Made by a program: the position numbers and the translations under genes. A DNA stretch of 64,000 nucleotides from Octopus vulgaris (lineage: Eukaryota): assembly GCA_951406725.2 (NCBI GenBank), contig OX597814.1, positions 46,810,001 to 46,874,000 of the forward strand. The letters are read 5' to 3'. Every line of letters starts with the position of its first letter. Positions within the stretch are counted from its first letter, which is position 1. Below are positions 26,794-39,163 of this stretch, piece by piece. The notes below the pieces were generated by a model. The model saw only the letters and a program-made list of their open reading frames with translations. It did not search any database and was not told the DNA's origin.

Positions 26794-27863
26794 TATATAG
26801 TTAGATAGATAGCTATTGAATCATATACATATATGAGCTGCTAATGTATGAACTTGGGATATAATAGATTTTATAATTAGTATATATATATATATATATA
26901 TAGAGCATTGAATTTATTTGCATTCATACGTTTCCTAGAGTTTTATCATCACATATATGTTGATAAAGAGACATTTTTTATTACTTTACAGCTTCAAGGT
27001 CAAATTTATTCTTCATACTCATAATTTACCTAACTTGCATAGTTCAAATAATGTTATTTGAGCTGCAGAGATTGTAATTTTATTGAAGGATGTTTGAAAA
27101 GTAACATACAAAAAGTAACAACGAAAATAACCATACAATGAAGCAACAAATGATATTTTCTTTATTTTATGAATATTTACTTGATTATATTTCTTTCTTA
27201 ACAGCATCTGCTCCTAATTTCTGTATTCTGATAATGTGAGGATTAAGATCTCATTAGCTAATTCACTTGTTTCTTCTATCTATCTGTTTAATTCTAGTGA
27301 TACCTTCTTTCTGTGTCACTGTCATTTATAGTACACAATACTATGTTATAACTTCACTCTAGCTTACATTTAAGGCTAGCTTTCAGTTGTCAATGCCTGT
27401 TACTATTTCTACAATAGCCTGTATTACTTTCTAATGTTTCAGTTGTGTACTATGTTTCTATTGTTTCCTCCTAATTTTTAGCCTACATGCTTATCGAAGT
27501 GTTTTTATATTCACTGCACTCAGCAGTAGCTGCAAAATAAAACTAATATGTAACTAATAAAACGACCACTGATATTTGTAGTTCAATAAGTACTCTATCA
27601 CTGGTTGACATTAGGAAATGTATCAAACTGGAGAAGAGAGGATGTCAACCTAAATATCCAATCAATACATGCCAGCAAAAGAAAATGAATATTAAGCATG
27701 TATACTTTTTGTGTTTTTGATTTCAGGATGAATAAAAACATTAATTGGTGATAATAAAACCTTGCATATAGCTGAGAAATCATATTTAATAGAATATAAC
27801 TCAAAACATTATCTTTTCTTTTGCATATTGGGAATATTATTTTTTAAATTTACACTATCATTA

Positions 27864-27894
<31 letters not shown>

Positions 27895-28492
27895 CATCCA
27901 CACACTCTCATTCCCTCCCATGACACACTGTCTGTATCCTCTCTTATGCTCACTTTCTTGTTCCTTGACAGTTTGCTCTAGCAATCCATTATGACCTTCT
28001 TATCTCCTTCAGTTATGTATCTCTTCTGCAGCAAGAAAGATGGACATGTCCCTCTATTATACTTTAGCCTTTCAACACCTGATGTAAGGCCACCCTCCCC
28101 CAACTTCCTCTCTCAAATATTTCTTTTTAGTAGTGTGAGCTGTTTCCTTTTCCTCTGTTCTTTTATGCCTTGCAAGTTCCATGGCAACCTGTGAGAACCA
28201 ATGCAGCATGGATTATGATTAAATAAATATAGAGTGATATCCACATGTGTCTAATATTGCTGTGAAATTAGGCTTTGTGAGGGCTTGTTTAGCATATCAG
28301 ATGTAGATCAAACCAGCCAACTTTTTTCCTGTTCTTACACTTTAAATAACAAATAGTGAAGTACTAAAATAATTTCCTTCCTTTTTAAAAAAAAAAAAAT
28401 TTATATTCTTAGACTTGAGGTGGCTCTTTCAAGAATGAATATGCTTGCATATATATATATATATATATATATAATCTGAAACATAAACAGAT

Positions 28493-28830
28493 ATAGCTGC
28501 GTGTTTAAGAAGTTTACTTTGTGGCCAGATGGTTTGGGGTTCAGTTCCACTGCTTGGCATCTTGAGCAAGTGTCTTTTACTACAGCCCTGGGCCAACCAA
28601 TACCTTGTGTGTAGATGGAAACTATATGAAACCTTATATGTGTGTGTCCTTCCATCACTTGACAACTGTTACTGGTGTGTTTCCATCCCCGTAACCTTGT
28701 GGTTCTTCAAAAAGAAACTGATATATAATTATCAAGCATAAAAATAATAGGATTGATTTGTTTGACTGAACCTTTCAAGGCAGTGCCCCAGCTTGGCTTC
28801 AATCCAATGACTGAAACAAATAAAAGATAT
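28493..28830 (+). mobile_element. tRNA-derived SINE, decayed
   Basis: ggttcagttccactgcttggcatcttgagcaagtgtcttttactacagccc...gcagtgccccagc...aatgactgaaacaaataaaagata. Confidence 0.82.
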
Positions 28831-29140
28831 GAACTAGATATTATTCTAGTTTAAAATCTCATGGCTAGTGATTATTACCTCTTACCTTTCTAACACTTGT
28901 GTAACTACTGAGCACACCAGATTCTTAAAACTTTGCCAGCAACCACTTTTATTGAAATTTTATTACCAAAATACTATTATGCACAATGGCATATTCAATT
29001 AAAGTTTTATTCCATAGTTTTGATGCACATATTTAAATCATGTAACAGAGAATTTTGTTTTTTAGACCATTTTGTTTTTTACTTCCACCTCTTCTACTTC
29101 TTTTGATTGCCTGTTATAAAAAAAAGGTACAATCACTTGT

Positions 29141-29528
29141 GGTGGAAGCACTCCGTCGGTTACGATGATGAGGGTTCCGGTTGATCCGATCAACGGAACA
29201 GCCTGCTCGTGAAATTAACGTGTAAGTGGCTGAGCACTCCACAGACACGTGTACCCTTAATGTAGTTCTCGGGGATATTCAGCGTGACACGGAGAGTGAC
29301 AAGGCCGGCCCTATGAAATACAGGTACAACAGAAACAGGAAGTAAGAGTGAGAGAAAGCTGTGGTGAAAGAGTACAGCAGGGATCACCACCATCCCCTGC
29401 CTGAGCCTCGTGGAGCTTTTGATGCTTTCGCTCAATAAACACTCACAACGCCCGGTCTGGGAATCGAAACTGCGATCCTACGACCGCGAGTCCGCTGCCC
29501 TAACCACTGGGCCATTGCGCCTCCACAA
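29141..29528 (-). mobile_element. Full-length young tRNA-derived SINE with a 12-bp TSD
   Basis: Minus strand starts ggaggcgcaatggcccagtggttagggcagcggac (A box) and continues gtttcgattccc (B box). TSD acaatcacttgt at 29129-29140 and 29529-29540; CpGs retained. Resembles the octopus tRNA-derived SINEs, but the family name is not verified. Confidence 0.92.
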
Positions 29529-30878
29529 ACAATCACTTGTATAAATGCATATAAACCCATAGGTTTATGAAGAGCTGCAAATGAATGCTGAAAATAATAG
29601 GGAAAGCATTATTTTTTTGCTTTTTTCTTTAACTGTATTCACTGTATATACTGTAGCTGACACATTTTTAATGGTTCATGAAGAGCATTTTCAAAAATTT
29701 ATTTTGTGTGCAAATATTTGCAATAAGTAACTGGTCACAAATGCTATTAGAGATGATTTATTTATTCCCAAAATTGACATTGTTTTAAGATTTAAGCTGT
29801 CATATGGCTGAAACCTTGATTTTTATCAATATAAGATTTTAATTTCCATTAGCATATATTATAAATTGCTTCAATTTTGTGAAATTTGTGAAACATCATC
29901 ACTTTCATTTTGCCATTTTCTTCATTTGTTGATTAATTTTATCAACGTCTTGATAGTCTGTTTCTTTGTATGGATACTGTTAGGCTAAGTTACTTCATGA
30001 TCTGCTAATTCTTTACAAAAATGTTTCAATCAATCCTAAACATTTGCATCATCTTTCATTGAAACAAACTTTTCTCCAATGTTAGTTATTTCTCAATTTC
30101 ATTTTGTTGGGGAATGTCTTTGTATGATTAACACAATATGGCAAAATATGTTTTTAAACAGCTCTCAAGTTGCTTGTCACATTTTCCTATAGTTCACGAA
30201 TATTTTCACTTACGTCTTTTAAGTGAATTGTTCTCAAAACTCTACCATTGAAATTGCATTTTCTCTCATTGTAACTAAAAGTAGAAATTACTTCCTGACT
30301 ATAAAAGAGATATCATATTTGTTGGGTAAAATATTGCTTTCATTTTCTTCACATAAGTCACTAAGTGCAATATCATGACCAGGGATATTCTCTCAAATAA
30401 ATAACTCTTTGAAAGTAAGACTGTTTTTCCTGCAGAATAGGTCAAAAACTAATATTCAAAATGAGATCACTCATAGCTTACGGGAACACCAACATACCAT
30501 TAGAGATTGTTGGTTATATCCTTTAAGAGTCTTGAGGTTCTGTGTAATACACATAGGTTTTTTTGTTGTATTTATATATGATCTTTATGGTGATAATATA
30601 GGTCCACAGTGTCCAGTTCTTTAAACATCTGTTATAATAGAATATTTTGATTCACCAATGTTATCCAAGTGATACACCATATAACTGCCCCATACATCAA
30701 ACTTGTTACCTTGAGTAGACTTTGCTGCACACAAACATACAAAAGGTATGTAAAATCATAACATCATTAGTATAGCAATATCGTGGTCTGAGTTTATGAT
30801 GTGCAGATTTTTCTTACTATTAAAAATAGACTCTAAGACTTTCATTAAAAACAATAATTTGGTACAATAATGGAACTA

Positions 30879-31447
30879 GTAAAGATTGTTTGCCAACATA
30901 ACATGACAGTCCCGGTTTAGGATGAATATTGCTGTAATTTAGCCCCAGGAGATATTGTCTCAAGCTGGTTATGACACAATCTGTGTCCTTACAGCAACAT
31001 TCATCCTAAACCGAGACTGCTATGTTATGTTGGCAAACAATCTTTACTTTAAAGTACTGCTGTGAGATTTAAAAATAGTAATTTTCTAATATATATAGAC
31101 CAGTGACTAGTTGTCACTTTGAAAACTATATATTTTGAACGGGAATTTGGCAGCACCACCTCTATCCGAACAATTATTCTGTGCTGATGAAGGGAAATAA
31201 CCCGGAAATCGCGATACACGGATATTGTTTTGAGCTGAGTGGGGGTGCTAGATTCCCTTGTTCAAAAATATAAGGATGCAGATCATGTCATATAGCTTGC
31301 TGGAGACGATGTCTCCTGGGGCTAAATTACGGCAACATTCGTCCTAAACTAGGACTGCCATGTTATGTTGGCAGACAATCTTTTTTACATAGTTCTGTTG
31401 CTGAATATCTCACGTTGTGAGATTTAAAAATAGTAATTTTCTAATAA
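30879..31447. mobile_element. Non-coding Penelope-like (pLTR) cassette with inverted and direct repeats
   Basis: 30881-30991 is the reverse complement of 31271-31383; 30989-31048 is a direct partial copy of the same unit; tgtgagatttaaaaatagtaattttctaata occurs at ~31061 and ~31417; contains a hammerhead motif. Confidence 0.75.
31129..31272 (+). ncRNA. Type I minimal hammerhead ribozyme candidate
   Basis: CTGATGA at 31184-31190; helix II GGG-aaataa-CCC; GAAA at 31205-31208; helix III in palindrome ATCGCGAT; predicted cut after AUA at 31216; helix I tctgtg/cacgga extends with bulges for ~50 nt. Confidence 0.75.
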
Positions 31448-31784
31448 CGGATCTGTTCATTGTTAATATATTCTGGCAGATTCAAGCATGAACATGCTCA
31501 ACGTTGTTATATTTCATCTTTGAAGAACATCTCCCTTTAGAGAATGTGTGTTCATAACACATGATTCATTGGCATAAGGGGACTTTGAAACATTGATGTG
31601 TTATGACCTCAATGTATGTCTATTCAGTCAAAGCTATCCCAAATCAGTGAATCTAAACGATAGTATTGACTGTAGTTTATAGTATTTAAGTCATCTAAGC
31701 AATACAAGAAGATATTCATAGTAGAAATACAGAGTGCATAGGATATTAATGTGTATTAATTATTTAGTGCCAATATTAAGTCAA

Positions 31785-31965
31785 TAAGGTGGTGAGCTGG
31801 CAAAATCACTTGCACACTGGCAAAATGTTTGTCCAAGGTCGACTTTGCCTTTCATCTTTCTTGGGTTAATAAAAGAAGTACCAGTTGAGCAGGGGTGGGG
31901 ATGTAATTGACTAGCACCCCACTCCTCAAATTTCAGGTTTTGTGTTTATAGTAAAAAGGAATATT
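31785..31965 (+). mobile_element. SINE with a Nin-domain-like core
   Basis: aggtcgactttgcctttcatctttcttgggttaataaaagaagtaccag resembles the Nin-domain consensus as I recall it; internally deleted copy. Confidence 0.7.
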
Positions 31966-33015
31966 AAAAGCTAATGGAAATATTAGTTAACACAACAGTT
32001 AAGTTACCATCAGTATTTCCTTTCATGAAGAAAATGAATTTTGAAAGTTTTCCTTTCTAGAATAGGCCCTTCTTTCAATTACTCATCTCTCTCTTTTGTG
32101 ATGTTTTGCTCTGCATGTACATCCTGTACTATTATATTTCTGTTTGACTTTGGAATCTGAAAAGAAAAAAAAAAAAGAAGAAAAAAACTGAAATTAGCAG
32201 TAAAAGTTTCTTCAGTTCTTGTTGAAATTTCATTTTCTGCCCTTTCTGTTTTAATTGCAAACAGAAAATGTGCTAATTTGGTGATGATACTGATTCTATT
32301 GCTTGTTTGCATACCTAGTACAGCCTTACTTTTTTTACTTATAGTCATCTATTTTTTTAATGTATATACTGCCTCTTCATACATATGTATCACTCTATTT
32401 TTCTTTGTAGTCACCATGGTTATGTATTTTAATAACTTCCCATTTATTGTCTAGTCAATACTTCCCTCTTATCAGTAGGACTTTTCTCATCAGTCTTTTT
32501 TTATCCAGAGGTTAGATTACATATTATATTTTGGTGGAAGACTTGCTAATAGCACACTATTTATCAAGAAATAAAGACAGGTTCCTTATTGCACCATAAA
32601 AAATATATCGCTCTATGGAAACCCTATTGTATAATTGCTAAATTTCAATTCATATTGGAAGAAAATGATAGATTTGCAGTTGGCAAAGCCTGTGAAGTTA
32701 CCTTATTGGTGATGTATTGTTATAACTTTGAATAATCTGGAGTCAAGAAATCTTGAAGAATGCAGTAATAATAGTGACCAGCTTAGAGGTACACCATTTG
32801 ATGGTGATGGCTGGAACTGCCTGAGATAGTTGTGATAGCTTGAAAGTGAAATTTACTCTTAAGGAAGATATTTTCTTAATACATTTAATAAAGAATGAGT
32901 AGAGTATATAATTTAATTACTTACCTTAATCTTTTTTAAGTATATGTTGATTATGTGATAAAATTAGAAACATCATTGCTTCTTGTTATATAGATTTTTG
33001 TTTCTTTTTTTACAG

Positions 33016-33143
33016 TGACTGAAGCTGAAATGAAGCGTTTAAAAAATGCTTTTAAGCGCACTTCAAACTTAAATGGATTAATGACTGAAGGCCTATTTAT
33101 TAGAGAAGTTCTCTGGGAAGGAGTTCCCCCCAAATTTGCTCAG
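33016..33143 (+). CDS. USP32: USP32 internal coding exon (exon 2 equivalent)
   Basis: Acceptor tttttacag and donor CAG/gtaaaa; 128 nt. Encodes (V)TEAEMKRLKNAFKRTSNLNGLMTEGLFIREVLWEGVPPKFAQ, matching the USP32 N-terminus as I recall it (VTDVELKRLKDAFKRT...FIREVLGDGVPPK). Confidence 0.93.
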
Positions 33144-33278
33144 GTAAAAATTGTATTTTATAGTTTCATTCTGTGTCATTAAACTGTTTTATCTGATCTT
33201 ATATCTGGCTATATTAGTCTTTTTTTGTTTTCAATGTTATCAGGTTAATTTTCTGAGGTCAATGAATGTAGTTTAGTA

Positions 33279-33327
<49 letters not shown>

Positions 33328-34838
33328 AAACAAAAAAATGGTAATATATAAAAATAGATTCTAAAAATATTATCATTAATGGGTTTATAAGAATGAAAAA
33401 AAAATTTTTGACCTCTTGGTTTCAGCAATGATGTAACAGTCACTGAATATCTTCTAACAGGAAATTGCAGGTTTAAATGCATTGCAGTCCATTATAAGTA
33501 CAAAATTGGGTACCTATAAGTTATTGGTGTTTATGCAAATTACTGTCCCACCCACCCCAAAAAAACAAGTAAAAAACTGATTTTGTACTTAAGATATTTT
33601 ACTATCAACCTTTTTAATTTGGAAGTTTGAAGTTGTATTTTGGTGTATAAAAATAGGTGCTAAATATTGTTAATAAATGAAGATATTGTGTGCTAAAACT
33701 ATATGCTTGTTTTTCAATTATAGGATACGCATTGATTGCCTAAGTGTCTACAATCCTTTAATAAGATTTTGATTTTGGGAGCTATTTTTTTAAATTTTGT
33801 TTTTGCTATAAAACATATTAAAAAAATATTTACTTCCACAATAGATTTAATGGGTAAAGTAGGTGTTGATGTAAATATATAAAAATATTTCATTGCTAAT
33901 CTTGAGGTTCAAAAAATTAAAATCTCAAATTAGCACCAGCTGAATGTTATATTTAGCAGACAATAGTAAAGTTAATTTTTTTTGTTTACCATTTTAGTTG
34001 CTGAGAGTACTAGAAGTACAAATATAAAAAATAATAATAGAATTGAGGATAGTAGATCTTGATATGTATATAGAGGAGATCATTTGAGAAGCGGATGTAT
34101 TGTGTGAGTTTTTATTGAAAGCAGCTGTTTCATTTTAAGTTTGTTAGGGTGTACTGGTTTGTCTGATCCCCGTGAGTAGAATGGAAGAGGAGAATTCTCA
34201 TCAATGAAAGCAATGCATGTTAAGTGGGATTTGATATCAATGATGGACTGGGATTTGAAGGAAAGATGTGTAAATAATTGTATCCTTGGCATTAAAAAGT
34301 TTGGATTAGGAATAACTAAATCATTGACAAAGAGTGGGAAAAGTGTCATAGGGATTGACAGATCCATATAATGTATGATAAAACAGTAGACCCTGTGGAA
34401 ACTAGGGATGTTCTGAGTTAACAAAAACTAACGAGATAGTTCAGTGGAATAAATCTTATGCCTGAAGGAAGAAAAGTTCAGTGTTTTGAACAGAATCCTT
34501 CTTTGATGAAAGAAGGAATGTCAAATGCTGCTCAAGGATAAATAAATTAGGTTGATGTAATAAAGAAGGAAGGGAAAGGGGGAGCGAGACAATAAGTCTT
34601 AATGGAGTGAGAGGCGACTGACAATAAGAAAAGGAAGGCAAGCAGATTTGAAAAGCACTTTGGGGAGAGGAGGTCATGTTTATTTTTGTGTGTGTACACA
34701 AACAACTTTTATAGTGTTTTTATGTCATTACCTCCCCATCACAAGATATTTCTAATCTGTTGTCCTTCTTTTCATTTTCTCCTTGCTCTAGTTGGCTCTG
34801 ATTGTTCCATTCTCTCTACTAACATGTTACCTCTCCAC

Positions 34839-34880
<42 letters not shown>

Positions 34881-35251
34881 TCAGCATCAACTAACATATC
34901 TCACTGAGGAAGGATTTATGTCACTGAATTATAATTTTTTGATTTGGGTTACACAAAATGCCATATTGTTTTATGTAGTTTTAATATAGTGGTTCTAATA
35001 TCAGTGAAGATATTCAAGATTAATCCACAGGGGGTTTGGCCATGAGATTCACAGGCAACAGTATAAATTTGATGAATGAAAGTGGATAATGAAGAGAAAT
35101 GATATGGGTATATCTATCCTCAGTGACAATGAAAAATGTTTTAGTGTCATTAAAAGTTGTTATACAATGGGCAAGGAGGGAGAGTCTACTTTGTTTGACA
35201 TCAATAGATTATCTTGTATCTTTTTATGAGTTTTATTTTTTTAAATTTCAG

Positions 35252-35357
35252 TTGATATATCGAGCATTTGGTGGCACTCCTAAAGGACTCTCTTTTAAAG
35301 ATTTACTATGTGGTTTGGTGATCTTAACACGGGGGATGCGGGAAGAGAAAATAAAAT
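35252..35357 (+). CDS. USP32: USP32 coding exon (exon 3 equivalent)
   Basis: tttcag acceptor, T/gtaagt donor; 106 nt. Encodes LIYRAFGGTPKGLSFKDLLCGLVILTRGMREEKIK; phase-compatible with both neighbours. Confidence 0.95.
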
Positions 35358-35999
35358 GTAAGTACTCTTTAAAATCCTAAATAGAGAATTACATTTTAAA
35401 AGATATATATATGCTTTGAGGATATTCTTTTCTTTTCTTCCCAGATTGTGTTTTGCACTTTCTATTGAACTTGCATGTTTTTGTTATTGACATGACTGAA
35501 AATAAAATACCCAGTTTTTGCTATATAAACTTATCCAATAAATTCATCATTGACACAACTCAATTTGTAATTGACTTTTTGAAGTATTTTTTTGTCTTTT
35601 CCATGCAAAAACAATTTTAAGTTATGTAAAATTGCTATAAGATATTGTCATTTAAAATAAAATAAAATAAAATTAGATAATATTTCTATTTCTTACTGAA
35701 TTTTCTTTTCAATTTTTAAAACGTTATTCATCATAATAATTATCATTGCATTGAATATTTGCATTTGCATCCTTTAGATCAGCTTGTGATTTGTCTCAGT
35801 ATGGTATCTAATTGTACATTTTAATATTGCAGCATAGATATGAGAGATAAATACCAACTATAGGATGTGGAAAGAGAGAATACTAGAAAAGAATAACTAT
35901 GTGTGCATGATTACAAAAATAATTGCAGATTTTAATCATCAGCTTCTAAGCAATATATCTCAACTCAGTATAAATTTTATTAATTGAAACAATAATCAT

Positions 36000-37200
36000 T
36001 AAAACCTACACATTCCTGCCAACAAGAAAACAATCTCTTTATTTTGGTAGCAAAATTCAGGAATCCTGGCACTTTGAGTTGCTATTTGGTTGTTGAAATC
36101 CTTCTTATGTAGGGAATTGAGATGCTTGAAAAAGTGATAGTTATCTCAGGAGTGGTCTGGAGACTAAACTGGGTAAAGTGGAGTTTCATTGCCCAGTTAG
36201 TTCAATTTCTGTAGTCATTTGTGAAACCTGGTTGGATGTTGCCAGGGAGAAGAATTGGTACTTTTTGATTGACCAAAGCTATAATTTGAGCATTGCAGAT
36301 TTTGGTGCATTTTGTTGATTCTTGACAGTTGTCTTATATTGTGATGTTTTCACCAGGATTCAAGTACTTGTTGAGGTTATATCTACAGATTTTCTATAGA
36401 AATTATTGCCAGCACTAATTTTGTTGCCAGATGTAAACAAACAATGAGGTGGAAGATGAAAATCAGTAATGGACAAATATGACATATTTCAAGTGATGTA
36501 AGAGCACTGCTAACACAGTAAAACACAGTATTGACTTATAAAATGTTTAATATATCTTGCTGGATATTATGGTTGCATAACAAAATACTGTGTCCCTATA
36601 AGTCATTAATACTGAAGCAATACTATTGTTTGATTCCACTTGCCAACCACCAAACAATGGTGACTGGAAGCTTTTGATGCAAGTTCACTTTGAGAGAGTG
36701 TTTTAGTACCTAGTTCAGTTATTGCCTAACACACCATTGATTGTCATACAGAATTCACTTTAGAGACATGTTACAGTGTGATAAAGAATGGATTGTTTTT
36801 GTTGTGCAAAAGCAGGATTCATGGCAACAATTTATATTTTTCCCTCAGGTCGACAAATGAGTATTTTTTATTTCCAGTGTGATGTAAATGTCAAACAGTT
36901 GTTGAATGATCAACATTTAGTTCTTCTCTTCTGTAGTCTCAGAAGTTCTTTTGTATTGGTTCCTTTCAATAATGCCCATTAATTGGTTGTCAATGCAGAA
37001 GTTTGCTGCAAATTCATCTTCAAGGTTCTTCATCACTATGAAATTTTTGGAACCAATGTTAAGTTGTATATTCATTGATGATCCCCAGGTCAAATACTTA
37101 ATTGACATTATGAGCAGTTTACAACCTGTATATTAAAATTACTCAAATTTTAATGTGAGAGCAAATCCATTTGCATAAAACAACAGATCAAAATCTGCAC
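36000..37200 (-). mobile_element. Ancient Hsmar1-like mariner relic
   Basis: Minus-strand eroded motifs in the correct order: WFQKF, then ILYDN, VWW, LVNQKVPILLPGN (cf. LVNRKGPILLHDN) and SPD...YHFFKHL. TIRs were not resolved. Confidence 0.7.
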
Positions 37201-38942
37201 TTCAAAGTTATATATTACATGAACATAGTTAAATGAAGGCTTGTTCTGAAATGACTATCAAATTTTAAAATAATAAAAGCTTGCAATATTTTTACACTAA
37301 TTTATTCATAGACTAAACATAAAAGTTACAATTAAAGTTAAAGTAGCATGTGAAAATTAATAAGCCAAGCCATCATTATGTGGCCATTATTTAGCCCATG
37401 GTTAGCCTTGATTGAACAAATCTCTAATCAACTGAAATCTAGTCACAACCAACCTATCTTTGTTTAAGTCATAATGTATCTAGGATTACATTTTTCAATG
37501 CAGCCTTTCTATTTTAAGATAGTGTGGTGTATTTTGAAGGAGAATTGACTGCTATTTCTGGCAAATTGAACAACCATAGAGATGCCTCATCTGTAGGCTT
37601 GTCCACTATTGTGTTTATAGAGCAGTTATATAAATGTAGACAAACCCTAAAAATGTTTCAGATATAATATCATGAAATAAACATATATTTACATTAATGT
37701 AAGGATATGGACATTAAGTGATTGAAGGAATAATAATCTGAAGAATAATTGTTATACATAATTTGTGTACAAGTATTATTATTTTTTCTGTTGTCTTTGC
37801 CTGACTCTAAGGCCATATTCTGCTCATTTTGTTTTTTTGTCCCTTGTGTGTTCACTAACAGTCTCATTTCGAATTACTTTTATCCATTTTCATGTGTCCA
37901 TTTCCGTATTCCTTTTTCATTCTTGTTTGTCTGTCTCATTTTGTTTTATGCTTTGGTTGCTTTCCAAGCAAGTTTTCTTGCTGGTTGCCTCCAGGGTGGA
38001 AGCAGTGTTATTGATAATGGCATAAAATTGTGCTCGACCCCCTGGCTAATAACTGATAAGTTGGTATTTGTTCTCCGTTCATCTGTGCATTTAGTGTTTT
38101 TCAGCTTGACCATGTGTATTTGTTTATTACTATACGTGTTTGACCTCTGAATATGTATATATAGTTTATTTCTCATAAAATATTTTACACAATATCATTA
38201 AAGCTGATTGTATATTGGAGTTAGTGTCCCTATATTAAATATACTAAAGAGTAGTTTGATCTGTCTAGTTCATTCTTAGTTTCACAATAAACAATACAGT
38301 GCTAGTGAAGTTTGTTTTGTATATTTCTGACAGGATCTTTTTTTTCTTTTTAAGTTCACTAACCCATGAAATTTCCATGTCGATTTTTAAAACCACAAAT
38401 TTTGTAAATTTTCTGAATATTTTGTACAGAAATTGTGAATAATCATATTTTTTGCTCTTTACAAAGAAATCGAATCTTTAGTATATTTTGTTAGAATAAT
38501 CATTTTGCCATTGATTTCTTACACAGCTACTAAATACTTATTGATTTATAAAGCTATTAAAGATGTTCATTAGTGAATCTAAGACTATGTAATCATTCTC
38601 GCATTTCAATTTTAAAAAAGAAAAATTTCCAGCACAATTTTAGTTTTTCTTTCATTATGATTTCTTTTTGTTTTCACCAAGTGTGCAAATTTGAGCAAAA
38701 TTATTTTATTTTTATTCTTTTAGTATTTTAATTTGATTTTGTGATCTTTGGAAAGATGGTGTATAACATAGAAATAAAATAATTTAGGAAGATTTTGAAA
38801 AGTGCTGTCTTGTTGTTATAATATCTTTCATCTCAGTGATAAATTTTAATATCTGGTTTCTAATTTTAGTTACTATTGCAGATTTCAAAATATTAGTGAA
38901 TTTCATCATTTCAAAATGTTCTTTTTTTTTGACATTCTTTAA

Positions 38943-39163
38943 CCCTTTCGTTACCAACCCGGCTGAAACCAGCTCTGGCTCTGCAGTACAAATGTCTTGT
39001 TTTCATAAGTTTTGAATTAAAATCTTCCACCAAACCTTAGTCACAATTTATGTTCCTAGCACTAGCTGAATGATAACTAAGTTATTTTACTAAATTCTTT
39101 GTTATATTTCAAGTAATTGAAACCAACACAGAGCATCTCAAAATAAATATAGTAACGAAAGGG
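38943..39163. mobile_element. piggyBac-like MITE (second family)
   Basis: TTAA flanks (38939-38942, 39164-39167); perfect 12-bp TIRs CCCTTTCGTTAC / GTAACGAAAGGG. Confidence 0.9.

Noticed and set aside
29900-30400. Possible DNA-transposase relic
   Set aside because: No diagnostic motif or TIR could be read.
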